From NCBI GenBank assembly GCA_964347045.1, contig CAYFXC010000002.1, positions 64,001 to 128,000 of the forward strand: a DNA stretch of 64,000 nt. Reading direction: 5' to 3'. The stretch comes from an uncultured archaeon (GTDB taxonomy: Archaea; Asgardarchaeota; Hermodarchaeia; Hermodarchaeales; Hermodarchaeaceae). The first letter of the stretch is position 1. Each line of letters begins with the position of its first letter. This document shows, one piece after another, positions 9,870 through 20,856 of this stretch. A model generated the notes under the pieces. That model ran no database searches. It was not told the DNA's origin and worked only from the letters and a program-made list of their open reading frames with translations. The position numbers were made by a program, and so were the translations under genes.

Positions 9870-11246
9870 TTACTGGGTACGGATTCGACGGAGTTGATGT
9901 TTTAGCTTTATGAATTGGCGGTCAAACTCAGCTTCAGTGATAACACCCGAGCTGAGGGCAGACTCTAATTGTCGAAGTTCTTCGACCAGTTGAGCTTCTT
10001 CGCTAGTGACGATTCGTTCCAAGGATTGAGAAGAAGAGGAAGAGGGGTGTGCGGCTTCAATAGAGACTGGGACAGCTGTTTGCAACACTGAAGTTTTTTC
10101 GAGTTCTTCCGATGTTATCAGTTCTTGAGTAGTCTGAGAAGTGAAGGGGGACATCGGTCTTTCTGAGGGGGGTGTTTCTCTTACCTCTTTCTTCTTTAAC
10201 AGGATTTTAGCAGGTTTTTTCGTTTTCATAATGGTCTTTGCAAGGAGGAATTCAAGCTCCGAGATAAGCCCTGGATTTAGCACATATTTTTTAAGAACCG
10301 TTATTCCTGCGTTTTCAGGCTCGGTGATATTGTGGCAAGAATGGCACACAAAGATCATCTGGGGTTGTTTGAACGAGGAGTTGCATTGAGGACATTGGTA
10401 TCCGCGGAAAACACGGAATTCGTGTTCATCTCTACTGCGTATTCCACATCGGTTACAATAGATTTCTTGTTCGTCTGTAATTCGTACGCTAATGGTTCCA
10501 CAGGTGAGATGTTCGAAGAGTTCGACAGGTTGGGCAGGCGTTTGACAGCCAGGGCAAAGAAGGTGGGGATGAAGATGAAGAGACTTGCATTTTGGACAGG
10601 CCAGTGAGCTATCTGTGGGTTCAGTGAGAAGAATTCCATAATCGGCGAGACGTTCAAGTAACTGCATTGCCTCCTCATCGTCGAGTCCAGTAATGGATGA
10701 AGCTAGTGGGTAGGAATACCCAATTTTGGTTGTAGCGAGTTCTGAAGTCAATTCAGCTTGTTGCCGTGTTAAAAGTGCTAAAAGTAAGGTTCGAGCTTCC
10801 TCTTCTTGGAGAATTGCCAACTCTGATAAGTCAGTAGGAGCCTTGCGTGTCGCGAATTCTTCGAGTTCCTTGGTGATTACTTCGAGCAGTTCTTTTCGAA
10901 ATTCACTGGTGACGGCTTTGAATCCGTTTGGCTCACGGTACATATTAGCTAAGACCGGATCGATTTTGACTTCGATACTTTTGAAAAATTGATCGTACCG
11001 GGCGTCAGGATCTCTTGCTCCGACTGCGAGAACTTTCATCAATACACGACCCCGCTGGATAAGAAGCTTGAAGTTTCCCATGGCAATTGAACTGAGATTA
11101 CCGCCGGAGGTTTCATGCGCGAAGTCGTGACTTGCAGCGATGAATCCGGAAAAAAGGTCGGGATTAAAGGAGAATCCCGGAACGGTGATATGAGACAGGA
11201 GCAGTCCACTATTTGCATCGATGAGCCAGATGCCATAAAGTACCAT
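9870..11246 (-). CDS. longin-like domain + TackOD1-like multi-zinc-ribbon region + SHOCT-like tail
   Basis: N-term IWLIDANSGLLL...DLFSGFIAA..FAHE; YSYPL..LERLADYGIL followed by 6 CxxC/HxxC motifs; C-term SGVITEAEFDRQ. Confidence 0.65.
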   Translation of the reverse strand: MVLYGIWLIDANSGLLLSHITVPGFSFNPDLFSGFIAASHDFAHETSGGNLSSIAMGNFKLLIQRGRVLMKVLAVGARDPDARYDQFFKSIEVKIDPVLANMYREPNGFKAVTSEFRKELLEVITKELEEFATRKAPTDLSELAILQEEEARTLLLALLTRQQAELTSELATTKIGYSYPLASSITGLDDEEAMQLLERLADYGILLTEPTDSSLACPKCKSLHLHPHLLCPGCQTPAQPVELFEHLTCGTISVRITDEQEIYCNRCGIRSRDEHEFRVFRGYQCPQCNSSFKQPQMIFVCHSCHNITEPENAGITVLKKYVLNPGLISELEFLLAKTIMKTKKPAKILLKKKEVRETPPSERPMSPFTSQTTQELITSEELEKTSVLQTAVPVSIEAAHPSSSSSQSLERIVTSEEAQLVEELRQLESALSSGVITEAEFDRQFIKLKHQLRRIRTQ

Positions 11247-11436
11247 TTAGGCTCACACCTCGCACTTGAAAGTAACCCTGGAATTCAGCGCGTCTTTCAA
11301 CTCCCACAGATATCCAAAGGGTGCATAAAGCCGCATTCTATGCATTCTTCGGCAATTCAGCTTGTGTCGAATATGGCATTTAATACTGTTCCTTGAGGAA
11401 AAAATTCTGCGAAAAATTAGAGTTTCACGAAATTCA

Positions 11437-12249
11437 CTAAACTTGGCATTGTCGACAAAAGTTCGCTAAACGTACACCTGATTTTACAGAAGAAAGGGTT
11501 GTTTTACAAACGGGACAGGAATCTCCTCCCTTTCCGTGGACTTGAAGAAAATCGCGGACTTCAAATTGGAGCGTGTCACCAACTCGATCTGCAATTGTTG
11601 TTATAGCTTGTCGTAGCACAGATTGGGTGGCTGAATACAAGGTTTGGATTTCGGTTTCGGTTAGAGTTGAACGCTTTCGAAACGGCAGAATTTTCGCTGC
11701 AAAAAGAATTTCGTCTGCATACGCATTCCCTAGCCCCGCAACGAATCGTTGATTCACCAATATGTGTTTTATGACTGCATTGAACTTCCGAATTCGCTGC
11801 TGAAACACATCAAAGGTTAGAGTAGGATCAAGCGCATCCGGTCCTTGTTCATCAAAGTTGGGGATAAGAGACGTAGACTCATCTTTTAGGAGCAGATAGA
11901 GTTTCCCCATGCTTTTCGGGTCAATATATCGTAAATCCCATCCATTATCTAGCTGAAACCGGAATCCCATTTTTTTCTGCTTGGAAGTCGATGGCGATTG
12001 TAATTTGAGTCGTCCAGCAAGCATGAAATTGATATACAAATGTGCTTCAGGCGCAAATTGGATAATAAGAAATTTACCAAACCTGTTAAAACCCTTGATC
12101 GTGCTATTTTGCAGCTCTTTAATGAAAGTTTCAGCTGTTGGGCGACGTAGTAAGAGTGGACTGTGAATTTCAACTTCTTTGATTATTCTTCCAACCAATG
12201 TTCGGTTGAGGATATCTTTAGCTACTTCAAGATCCGGTAGTTCTGGCAC
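11437..12249 (-). CDS. mutM: Fpg/Nei DNA glycosylase
   Basis: N-term PELP, RFGKFL, H2TH AGLGNAYADEILF, C-term CPVC..CRQCQ zinc finger. Confidence 0.9.
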   Translation of the reverse strand: MPELPDLEVAKDILNRTLVGRIIKEVEIHSPLLLRRPTAETFIKELQNSTIKGFNRFGKFLIIQFAPEAHLYINFMLAGRLKLQSPSTSKQKKMGFRFQLDNGWDLRYIDPKSMGKLYLLLKDESTSLIPNFDEQGPDALDPTLTFDVFQQRIRKFNAVIKHILVNQRFVAGLGNAYADEILFAAKILPFRKRSTLTETEIQTLYSATQSVLRQAITTIADRVGDTLQFEVRDFLQVHGKGGDSCPVCKTTLSSVKSGVRLANFCRQCQV

Positions 12250-12288
12250 AATGTTCCGCTCACAGACTTTTCCTGCACATTATTAGGT

Positions 12289-13119
12289 TTATGTGACTTT
12301 TGTTTCTGGCTCGGATTCGGCTATGATTTGGGGGGGACCGCCTCCCCTTTTCAGGAGCCAGTAGGCTAGGAAAAGGATGAACAGTGCTAGGACAGCAAAA
12401 AGGCTTTCGACCACGATTGTCGCGATGAAAGGATCTAATATTGGATAGAGGATGAATTGGAGAATTATTAGAGGAATAAAGTCGAACAAGAAGTGTGCGA
12501 GAATGGCTACTAAGGCGAAAATAAACCGGTGGTGCCACACGGCCAAAGCAACAAGGATAGTAGCAGAAACATGAAAGACAATGGCAATATTTCGTTCAAT
12601 TGCTCCAAGTATGAAGTTGAAAATTAGTATTGACTCAGAAGGTAGAGGAACAATTGTTATCAGCCATTCATAGAGAAACCCATAGGTGAGCACAGTAAGG
12701 ACATAGACTAAGAGCGCTTCGCACAATCCCCAGCCCAAACCAAAACAAAGAGCATGTTTTAACGTTTTGATGAATGCAGGGTATTTGTTGAGGAATCCGT
12801 ATTTGATCCCTTCTTCGAAAAGCCCTGCCATCAGCGAACCTAGGAAAATTAGAATGGCGACATAAATTGCATAAAATGGTGGAGCGATGGTTAGCCCCCA
12901 CAAATCGAGAACAAGAAGAATTGGAGTCCGAGCCAATAATGCCAAGAGCCAGAAAATTCCACCAAGGAGGGCCGACAACCACATACTCCCTTTAAACCGA
13001 GCAATGTAAAGAAAAATCAGAAATGCGGGTAAAATTGCAATTAAACTGCCAGCAACTGCTGTTAGGATCAGGAAAAGGCTCATATCAACTCCCCGTTTAG
13101 AACTATCTTTAGCTTCCAT
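12289..13119 (-). CDS. YhfC-family intramembrane glutamic endopeptidase
   Basis: multi-TM; GLFEE, GLGWG..EA, ERNIAIVFH, AHFLFD. Confidence 0.8.
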   Translation of the reverse strand: MEAKDSSKRGVDMSLFLILTAVAGSLIAILPAFLIFLYIARFKGSMWLSALLGGIFWLLALLARTPILLVLDLWGLTIAPPFYAIYVAILIFLGSLMAGLFEEGIKYGFLNKYPAFIKTLKHALCFGLGWGLCEALLVYVLTVLTYGFLYEWLITIVPLPSESILIFNFILGAIERNIAIVFHVSATILVALAVWHHRFIFALVAILAHFLFDFIPLIILQFILYPILDPFIATIVVESLFAVLALFILFLAYWLLKRGGGPPQIIAESEPETKVT

Positions 13120-13223
13120 AAATAGCTCTAGTTATATTCGACGTTTCATCCTTTTACTACTCTAAAAAGTGGTGAAATCCTTAAAGGAAAGATGATACTC
13201 AAAACATTGACAGGTGCATTTCT

Positions 13224-14480
13224 ATGGTAGATTACAAAGTTCGAGATCTTGCCCTCGCTGAACAAGGTCGTAAAAAAATCGATTGGGCAGAATCTCAGAT
13301 GCCCGTTTTAATGGGAATACGCAAAAAATTCGCAAAAACCAAACCACTCGAAAATTTGCGGATTTCCGGTTGTCTACATGTGACCAAAGAAACCGCAGTT
13401 TTAATTGAAACCTTTGTTGCTGCGGGTGCAGAGGTTTCGTGGAGTGGCTGTAATCCTTTATCCACTCAAGATGACGTAGCAGCAGCTCTAGTGGCAAATA
13501 ATGTGTCCGTGTTCGCTTGGCATAACCTGAACACGGAAGAATACTATTGGTGTATTGATCAAACCCTCAAAATTAACCCCCAACTTACCCTAGATGATGG
13601 TGCAGATCTCATTTTCAGAGTTCATACCAAGAAACCAGATCTTGCTAAGAAGGTGCTTGGCGCCTCAGAGGAGACCACAACGGGCGTCCACCGTCTTCGC
13701 GCGATGGCTGCCGATGGAAAACTCTTGTACCCGGTCATTGCTGCAAATGATTCTGTGACCAAGCGGGAGATGGATAACATCTTTGGTACCGGTCAATCCG
13801 CCCTAGATGGAGTGTTACGAGCAACGAACATCCTGTTTGCCGGAAGCACCATAGTTATTGGTGGATTTGGACACTGCGGTCGAGGACTTGCCCAACGCGC
13901 ACGGGGTATGGGCGCAGATGTCATTGTCACCGAAGTTGATTACCTCCAAGCACTGAAAGCCCGGATGGAAGGGTATCGCGTCATGCCCATGATTGACGCA
14001 GCACCCCTCGGCGACGTTTTTATCACTTCAACCGGAATGCGCGATGTTATTACCAAGGAGCATTTTGAAGTCATGAAAGATCGGGCGATTCTAGCCAACG
14101 CCGGTCACTTTAACGTCGAAGTTAACACCGAAGAATTAGCAAAAATGGCGAAGAAAGATCGGGTGATTCGGGAAAATAACCGTGAATACACGTTGAAAGA
14201 TGGCCGTCGCATTTACTTACTTGGCGAAGGACGCCTTGTGAACTTAGCTGCAGCAGAAGGGCATCCTTCTTCGGTTATGGATTTATCCTTTTCCAACCAA
14301 TTTTATGCTATGCTCTACTTGAAAGATCACCACAAAGAGCTCTCCAATGAAGTATATGTGCTTCCACGAGAAATCGATGAGACAATCGCGCGATTAAAAC
14401 TGGAATCTATGGGCATTAGCATTGACCAACTCACGCCCAAGCAACAACGGTACCATCAAGACTATGCAGAAGGAACCTAA
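13224..14480 (+). CDS. ahcY: S-adenosylhomocysteine hydrolase
   Basis: CLHVTKET, LDDGADL, EETTTG, GRLVNLAAAEGHPS. Confidence 0.97.
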   Translation: MVDYKVRDLALAEQGRKKIDWAESQMPVLMGIRKKFAKTKPLENLRISGCLHVTKETAVLIETFVAAGAEVSWSGCNPLSTQDDVAAALVANNVSVFAWHNLNTEEYYWCIDQTLKINPQLTLDDGADLIFRVHTKKPDLAKKVLGASEETTTGVHRLRAMAADGKLLYPVIAANDSVTKREMDNIFGTGQSALDGVLRATNILFAGSTIVIGGFGHCGRGLAQRARGMGADVIVTEVDYLQALKARMEGYRVMPMIDAAPLGDVFITSTGMRDVITKEHFEVMKDRAILANAGHFNVEVNTEELAKMAKKDRVIRENNREYTLKDGRRIYLLGEGRLVNLAAAEGHPSSVMDLSFSNQFYAMLYLKDHHKELSNEVYVLPREIDETIARLKLESMGISIDQLTPKQQRYHQDYAEGT

Positions 14481-14566
14481 CTATCAAAATTCTGCCCAAT
14501 ACTAGGACTTTTCAATCAGTGCTAGGGTAGTTTATTCCTTCAATAAAGATTGAAGGTGACTTCGGT

Positions 14567-15343
14567 TTGTCAGAAGTAAAACCATTCATACTCGGAAAGC
14601 TTACATGGCAGGAAGCCAAAACGCTCTTCCAAGAAACAGAAATTGCGATCATCCCGGTGGGCTCGCAAGAGCAACATGGTCCTGCCCTCCCGCTTGACAA
14701 TGATTCTTTCCAAGCCCAAGAGTTTGCCTATCTTGTGGCCGATCGGTTATGGCCTAAAATTAAAACGGCAGTGACCCCTCTTATCTCCTATGGCGTTTCT
14801 CCGCACCATATGCCATTTTCTGGGACAATTACTCTCCGTTCTGAAACCTTTATTGATCTTATGGTGGATGTGGGTAAAAGTTTGGCAAAACACGGTGCCA
14901 AGAAAATCGTTGTGATGAACAGTCATGGCGGAAACACCGCAGCCCTCTCTATTGCCCTACGAAGACTCCATGACGAAGAAGGGCTTTGGTGTGTCGTGAT
15001 GGAGTGGTGGAAACTTACCGCAGACTTAGTAAAGAAAACCTTTGATCCACCCCATTTCCATGCCGATGAAATGGAAACCTCTGTCGCCTGGGCGCTGGGT
15101 CAACGTGTTCTCGACGAAAAACGTGTGGATGAACCTGGTCGTGAACCGGTTCCTGGTTTCACAAAGCCTACCATGTTTCCCTCTCCACCAAACATCATGC
15201 CAATCTGGGACACAACTGATTTTAGCGATTCTGGAACCATTGGGTATGCAACTCGTGCCAATCCCAAGAAAGGTCAGATAGTCGTAGATGAAGCTGTGAA
15301 GCGTATGGTGTCTTTTATTGAGAAGGTTGCTTCGCTTAATTAA
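14567..15343 (+). CDS. creatininase family amidohydrolase
   Basis: GSQEQHGPALPLDND, NSHGGN, HADEMETS. Confidence 0.9.
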   Translation: MSEVKPFILGKLTWQEAKTLFQETEIAIIPVGSQEQHGPALPLDNDSFQAQEFAYLVADRLWPKIKTAVTPLISYGVSPHHMPFSGTITLRSETFIDLMVDVGKSLAKHGAKKIVVMNSHGGNTAALSIALRRLHDEEGLWCVVMEWWKLTADLVKKTFDPPHFHADEMETSVAWALGQRVLDEKRVDEPGREPVPGFTKPTMFPSPPNIMPIWDTTDFSDSGTIGYATRANPKKGQIVVDEAVKRMVSFIEKVASLN

Positions 15344-15353
15344 CAACAAAGTA

Positions 15354-15872
15354 TTAGATGACTTCCTTGGGTTCAGCAGGTGTACCGGGTTCTTTGCTTC
15401 GAACCCCATAGATACCAGCGATTAGCCCGAGGATTGGAGCCATTAACCCTGTAATTAAGGAAATGAAACTGAATGTGTAGATGAACGTAAAGCCCATACC
15501 CACAAAACTCACTAACAATCCGATAATCGAAATTACCAATATCAAAGCTGAGCCAATTCGTCGATTAATAAAGTAGACAAGTGCAGCACCGATTAACAAG
15601 ATAATGCAAAATGCAATATACCATCCGACTAATCCAGAGACTAGTTGCTGCATGATGATGTTAAAGAATGAAAATGGGTCAAATGGGTTCACAGGGACAC
15701 TTGATTGGGAGAGAATTTGGAGTAGTTGATAGATTTGAAAAACGTTGAAAAGGCAAGCAAGAAGCACTAGTGCAGGTTCACGCAAAGGGCGATCAGGGTC
15801 TCCTTCGACCAATTCGCTGACTGGTGTTATTTTTTCCGAAAACAAACGTTCCACCTCCAAATTCGCCAACAA
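15354..15872 (-). CDS. hypothetical membrane protein (~4 TM)
   Basis: four hydrophobic segments; start uncertain. Confidence 0.6.
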   Translation of the reverse strand: MLANLEVERLFSEKITPVSELVEGDPDRPLREPALVLLACLFNVFQIYQLLQILSQSSVPVNPFDPFSFFNIIMQQLVSGLVGWYIAFCIILLIGAALVYFINRRIGSALILVISIIGLLVSFVGMGFTFIYTFSFISLITGLMAPILGLIAGIYGVRSKEPGTPAEPKEVI

Positions 15873-15921
15873 GACAGGGTCTCTCGAAAATGAAAAGTAA
15901 CCCTGACCTTAAAGCTTTTAT

Positions 15922-18756
15922 GTGCGAATTCAGTTGAACTCAACGAGTAGGGATTTCGGTTTGTATCGTTACGCAGTACGTCGAACGACCCGGAACAAAA
16001 AACTCTTGCTTGCCATCCTAGTGGGTGTTACGATAGCCACATCCCTCTTTGCGGCTTCCAATATTGGAGCTAACTCCATAGTGGGTGCCATGCTTGATGA
16101 CATATTAGACTCCGTTGTCGTGGATATGTATTGGCGAACCCACAGCTGGGGGGATATTCCTACTAGCTCTGATTTCTTCCAGTTACGACAAGATATTGAA
16201 AACTTTGAAGATGTGGATTATTCCGAAACCATGATTCGCCATCAAAACGATACATCCCCAGATGAGCAATTTCTTCTAACGTGTGGGATACAGAATAATT
16301 CCTCAATCTATGAAGGAGTGTCTTTGGTCGCAGGAAATCTAACGCTTGGAGCCAATGAAACACTCATCGCCACAAGTTCAGCACTAATTGGAGACTTTCC
16401 CATCGGAAGTAACTATTCAATGATCATTCGCATCTGGACAGAAACGGGTCCTATTGATTATAATCTTACCCTCACGGTTGTCGGACATGTAGAACTCACT
16501 GAACGATCTCGACAAACGCTATTGTTGGGTTTTTATTCATTCTTTTGGGGGTATGAATACGAAACTTGGCTTCAACAGCATGTGTCGTTTTTCATTACGG
16601 ATGTTGAGTCCACGTTCCTTCCCATCTATGAATGGGCACAAACTCAATCCGATGCCCGAGAAGTTTGGCTTGAAGCGTATACGCTCATCCATCTTGATCG
16701 AGCAACTCTCATTAATCCCTATAATATTCAACTTTCCATGCAAAACGTTCAGATGCTAGGTTACCAAATTCAAAACGCCCTCTCCTATCAGTATGATGGA
16801 TACCTAGATAACCCACTCGCTTTTGCCCTTCAAGTGTTTACCTCATTATCAGAAGGTTTTCGGATGATCTTTCTTCAGGTCTCCATTCCTGTATTCTTCA
16901 TAGCGCTGTATATGGGTATCTCGTTAAATGATGTGTCCTATTCTATCCGTCGCCGTGAAGTGGGACTCTTGCTCACAAAGGGTGTAACCCGTAGCGTCAT
17001 TACGAGCTTGTTTATCTGGGAAGCCTTACTCATTGGAATCGTCGCAAGTATTGTTGGCATTTTCATTGCTATATGGATCCTTCCATTTTTCATTCCCTTC
17101 ATAACGTGGGCCGCTATCTTCACAACCGGAATTGGTTTAGACACAGTCTTCCTCACAATTATGTTTGGTGTTATTCTTGCAGTAATCGCTTCCTATCTAC
17201 CTGCCCGCAAAGCCTCAAAAATCCCAACAACTGAAGCAATCCGTGAATATACGCTAGCTGGAGAACCAATAGGATATCCACGTATGTTGGCTTGGACCGC
17301 CTTAATCCTTGGATGTTACAAATTAGTAATCTGGTTACTGGGAATAAATGTCTCAGAATTGGCAATGAATTTGATATTTACCAATCCCATTTTGGGTTCA
17401 TTGGTAATGTATTGGGTTGTCTTTGACACGATTATTACGTTTTGGGCACCCTTGTTGTTCCTTTGGGGCTTTACTACCATCATTGTAAAGGGCTGGAAAG
17501 GATTCTACCATTATTCGGAACGGTTCATTGGTCGAATTATGGGTGATCTTGGAGGTCTAGCATCACATAATATTTCACGGCGACCAGGGCGAACTGTAGC
17601 CATTATTTTCATCACCGCTTTATTGGTTGGCTATAGTGTTCAGACCATTGGAGTCCTTGCAACCAGTAATGACCTGGCAGTGCGGGGAGCATATACATCA
17701 GTGGGTGCCGACATCAAGGTTCTTGTTAGTTATCCGGAAAATGTAACCGACCTAGTACCCACCATTCGTGATATTGAAGGGGTCAGAGACGCCGCGGGAG
17801 AATATACATTCACTATGGATACAGTATCAGAACGTGGGCTTGCAGTTCGAGCCATTAATGTTACTGAATGGCTCGGAGTTGCTTATTATGAACCTGGATG
17901 GATATTAGGAGTGCCAGCGCCAATTGCGTTCGAGTCAATAAGATCGAGTAATGAAACGATCATTCTTCAAAAACTTCTGGCAAACCAGCTAGGTCTTGGA
18001 CTTGGGAGTAGTATATCCGTTCAATTCTCGTATATGAGCGCTTTTCATCCACTTACGATTGTTGGTTTCATGGGTCCCGAACCCGAACAATCTCAAATTT
18101 TCGGAATGGGCGGTATGTGGGTAGCTGAAGAAACGTGGTCTTATGCATCTGTTGCCCTGATGGATAGTTATTCCTCAGAAATATCCCCCGATCCCACCGG
18201 GTATGTGTTAGTTTCCCTCTTATCTTCCAGTTATAACGCGGAAGTGATTCAAGCGCTTGAGGAAATGAACGATGTTCTTAATGTGGAATCAGCGATTACT
18301 CTAATTGAAGAGTATAGTACCGATGTACTGCGAAACGCACAAACCAATATGATGCAACTTGGTGTAGCTTTTGCGATCATCCTTGCCTCTGTGGGCACAC
18401 TCGTCATCATTTATTTGACCCTTCGCGAACGTCGTACAACCACAGCCTTGATGAGCGCACGAGGAATGACTTATTCACAAACCGTCAACATACTCTCTGC
18501 TGAAATCCTCACGATAATGATATTTGCTATCGTTCTCGGATTTTCCGTTGGACTCATCATCTATTATGGACTGGTTAGTGGTGGAGTGGCAACATTTGTA
18601 CCAATGTTATTGACCCCGCGATTCTTACCACCCGGATTCAGCATCATGTTTGCGTTATTAACAGGAACCATCATTGGTCTGCTGATCTTGACCACACTAA
18701 TTCCAATTCTAGTCGAGGCACGTACGGCCCGATATGATCTCTCCGTTTTGAGGTGA
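15922..18756 (+). CDS. large FtsX/MacB-type ABC permease
   Basis: two FtsX-like halves (RRREVGLLLTKG; ERRTTTALMSARG) with large extracytoplasmic loops. Confidence 0.88.
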   Translation: MRIQLNSTSRDFGLYRYAVRRTTRNKKLLLAILVGVTIATSLFAASNIGANSIVGAMLDDILDSVVVDMYWRTHSWGDIPTSSDFFQLRQDIENFEDVDYSETMIRHQNDTSPDEQFLLTCGIQNNSSIYEGVSLVAGNLTLGANETLIATSSALIGDFPIGSNYSMIIRIWTETGPIDYNLTLTVVGHVELTERSRQTLLLGFYSFFWGYEYETWLQQHVSFFITDVESTFLPIYEWAQTQSDAREVWLEAYTLIHLDRATLINPYNIQLSMQNVQMLGYQIQNALSYQYDGYLDNPLAFALQVFTSLSEGFRMIFLQVSIPVFFIALYMGISLNDVSYSIRRREVGLLLTKGVTRSVITSLFIWEALLIGIVASIVGIFIAIWILPFFIPFITWAAIFTTGIGLDTVFLTIMFGVILAVIASYLPARKASKIPTTEAIREYTLAGEPIGYPRMLAWTALILGCYKLVIWLLGINVSELAMNLIFTNPILGSLVMYWVVFDTIITFWAPLLFLWGFTTIIVKGWKGFYHYSERFIGRIMGDLGGLASHNISRRPGRTVAIIFITALLVGYSVQTIGVLATSNDLAVRGAYTSVGADIKVLVSYPENVTDLVPTIRDIEGVRDAAGEYTFTMDTVSERGLAVRAINVTEWLGVAYYEPGWILGVPAPIAFESIRSSNETIILQKLLANQLGLGLGSSISVQFSYMSAFHPLTIVGFMGPEPEQSQIFGMGGMWVAEETWSYASVALMDSYSSEISPDPTGYVLVSLLSSSYNAEVIQALEEMNDVLNVESAITLIEEYSTDVLRNAQTNMMQLGVAFAIILASVGTLVIIYLTLRERRTTTALMSARGMTYSQTVNILSAEILTIMIFAIVLGFSVGLIIYYGLVSGGVATFVPMLLTPRFLPPGFSIMFALLTGTIIGLLILTTLIPILVEARTARYDLSVLR

Positions 18757-19655
18757 AAATAAAAATGGCATATATTGAAGTCAAAGATTTAGTTCGTGTC
18801 TACCGAATGGGAACCGTCGAGGTCCGTGCCCTACGAGGTCTTAATATGACTGTTCGTAAAGGGGAACTCGTATCGGTGATGGGGCCTTCCGGTTCAGGTA
18901 AAACCACATTGCTTAATATTTTGGGTGGACTCGATCGGTCCACGGCGGGTGAAGCCAAGGTTGGTGATGTGGATGTCACGTTTCTGAACCGAAAACAACT
19001 AGTAATGTATCGCCGACGTGTCGTGGGGCATATATTTCAGACATTGAACCTTGTTCCCACTCTAACTGCGGCAGAAAATGTGGCGTTACCGATGATTGTC
19101 AACCAAGTTCCACGAAGTGAACGACGAGACCGAGTGGACGAATTGCTGGAAATTGTTCAGCTCTCTGATAGGGCCAAGCATAAACCGGATGAATTGAGTG
19201 GTGGTGAACAGCAACGTGTGGCAATTGCGGCTTCGCTAGCCAATGATCCACCAATTCTTCTTGCAGATGAACCAACCGGCGAACTTGATTCAGAAACCTC
19301 TCAAGTCATCGTGGATTTTCTTGCAAAAATCAACCATAAATACAAAAAGACCATCATTCTCGTTACGCATAATCCAATTGTTGCAGCGGCTTCTGAACGC
19401 ATCCTGCGCATTGAAGATGGAGTTATTAAAGCAGCCTATACCCCTGCGGAACTTGAAGCCGGCGCTGAAGGTCGATCTGTGAGTTATGTTGACCAAATGC
19501 AACAGCGAATAAAGAAACTCCAGGCAGAACTCAAAGAGTTGGATACGAAGTTTAAGAAAGGAACCGTTACTGGCGACGAATATGTAGATGAACGGTTACG
19601 TCTAAAAGCAGCTATTCAGGGTCTTAAGGATGAAGTTCACCGACACGGTGGTTAG
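18753..19655 (+). CDS. LolD/MacB-type ABC ATPase with coiled-coil C-terminal extension
   Basis: [26 protein letters not shown]. Confidence 0.93.
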   Translation: MKIKMAYIEVKDLVRVYRMGTVEVRALRGLNMTVRKGELVSVMGPSGSGKTTLLNILGGLDRSTAGEAKVGDVDVTFLNRKQLVMYRRRVVGHIFQTLNLVPTLTAAENVALPMIVNQVPRSERRDRVDELLEIVQLSDRAKHKPDELSGGEQQRVAIAASLANDPPILLADEPTGELDSETSQVIVDFLAKINHKYKKTIILVTHNPIVAAASERILRIEDGVIKAAYTPAELEAGAEGRSVSYVDQMQQRIKKLQAELKELDTKFKKGTVTGDEYVDERLRLKAAIQGLKDEVHRHGG

Positions 19656-19760
19656 ACGTTTAACCGACACATAATTCAATGAAAACGGAAGTATTAATTG
19701 CACTTTTCCCTCCTTTGATGCATAGCAAGAGAGTCTATCCAAACAGGAGTTGGTAAAACC

Positions 19761-20279
19761 GTGCCATTCCGAGATTACATCGCAGCCCCCCATAAACTTG
19801 TATACATCGAAGGGAAGGACCGACATAAAATCCCCTGCATCTTTTGTGCCATTATCGAAGGGAATCCAAAGGTTAAAACCAAAATCGTTTACCGTGATCA
19901 AGAGTTCATGGTCCTACTCAACATGTTTCCGTTCAACCCAGGTCATGTAATGGTCGTTCCAATCCGACACGTCGTAAAGCTCTCTGAGCTAAATAAAGAG
20001 GAACAAACTGCTTTCTTTGGGATGGGCACAAAGACAGTGCACCTAGTAGAAGCTGCCTTTAATCCAACTGGTGTGAATATGGGGTTAAATATTGGATCTG
20101 CAGCCGGGGCAAGCATCAACCACCTTCATTTACATATTGTCCCCCGATACCCCCGAGAATTGGGCTTTATGGAAACAACCGCAGATACGCGAACTCTTGT
20201 TATGGATGCAGAAACCACCTATCAACGTCTCCTACCACATGTGGATATTCTCAAACAGGAGACAACAAAGAAATCCTGA
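19761..20279 (+). CDS. HIT-family hydrolase (Ap4A phosphorylase-like)
   Basis: CIFC, PFNPGH, GASINHLHLHIVPR. Confidence 0.9.
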   Translation: MPFRDYIAAPHKLVYIEGKDRHKIPCIFCAIIEGNPKVKTKIVYRDQEFMVLLNMFPFNPGHVMVVPIRHVVKLSELNKEEQTAFFGMGTKTVHLVEAAFNPTGVNMGLNIGSAAGASINHLHLHIVPRYPRELGFMETTADTRTLVMDAETTYQRLLPHVDILKQETTKKS

Positions 20280-20289
20280 GAGAAAAAAA

Positions 20290-20835
20290 ATGAGTAACAA
20301 ACAACAAGATTCCGTCCACCAAGGCCTAGTGCAAGTCTATACGGGTACGGGTAAAGGTAAAACCACAGCAGCTCTGGGATTAGGACTTCGTGCAGCTGGA
20401 CACGGCTTTGAGGTGTACATGATTCAGTTCATGAAAGGACAAATAAATTATGGAGAGTTGGAAGCGGTCAAACGGATTCCTAACTTCACGATTCGACAGT
20501 TTGGGCGCCCCGATTTTATCGATAAGTCCAACCCAGATCCTGAAGACATCAAATATGCCCAAGATGCTCTTGATCATGCTCGCAAGATTATCGAAGTAGG
20601 GAGTGTTGATTTTTTAATTCTCGATGAAGTAAATGTGGCAATTGACTTCGGGTTAATCACTGACAGGGAAGTTATTGCATTAATCAAATCTCGTCCGTCC
20701 CAAATGGAACTGATTTTAACAGGAAGATATGCATCTTCAGCTATTATCGAAATCGCTGATCTTGTGAGTGAAATAAAAGAAATCAAACATCCATATCAAA
20801 AAGGAATTGCCGCACGGAAGGGCGTTGAAAAATAG
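20290..20835 (+). CDS. cobO: cob(I)alamin adenosyltransferase (CobO/BtuR)
   Basis: YTGTGKGKTTAALG, QFMKG, LDE, LTGR, KHPY; start reassigned to ATG 20290. Confidence 0.93.
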   Translation: MSNKQQDSVHQGLVQVYTGTGKGKTTAALGLGLRAAGHGFEVYMIQFMKGQINYGELEAVKRIPNFTIRQFGRPDFIDKSNPDPEDIKYAQDALDHARKIIEVGSVDFLILDEVNVAIDFGLITDREVIALIKSRPSQMELILTGRYASSAIIEIADLVSEIKEIKHPYQKGIAARKGVEK

Positions 20836-20856
20836 TAGATAAGAGAGTGAAATTGG

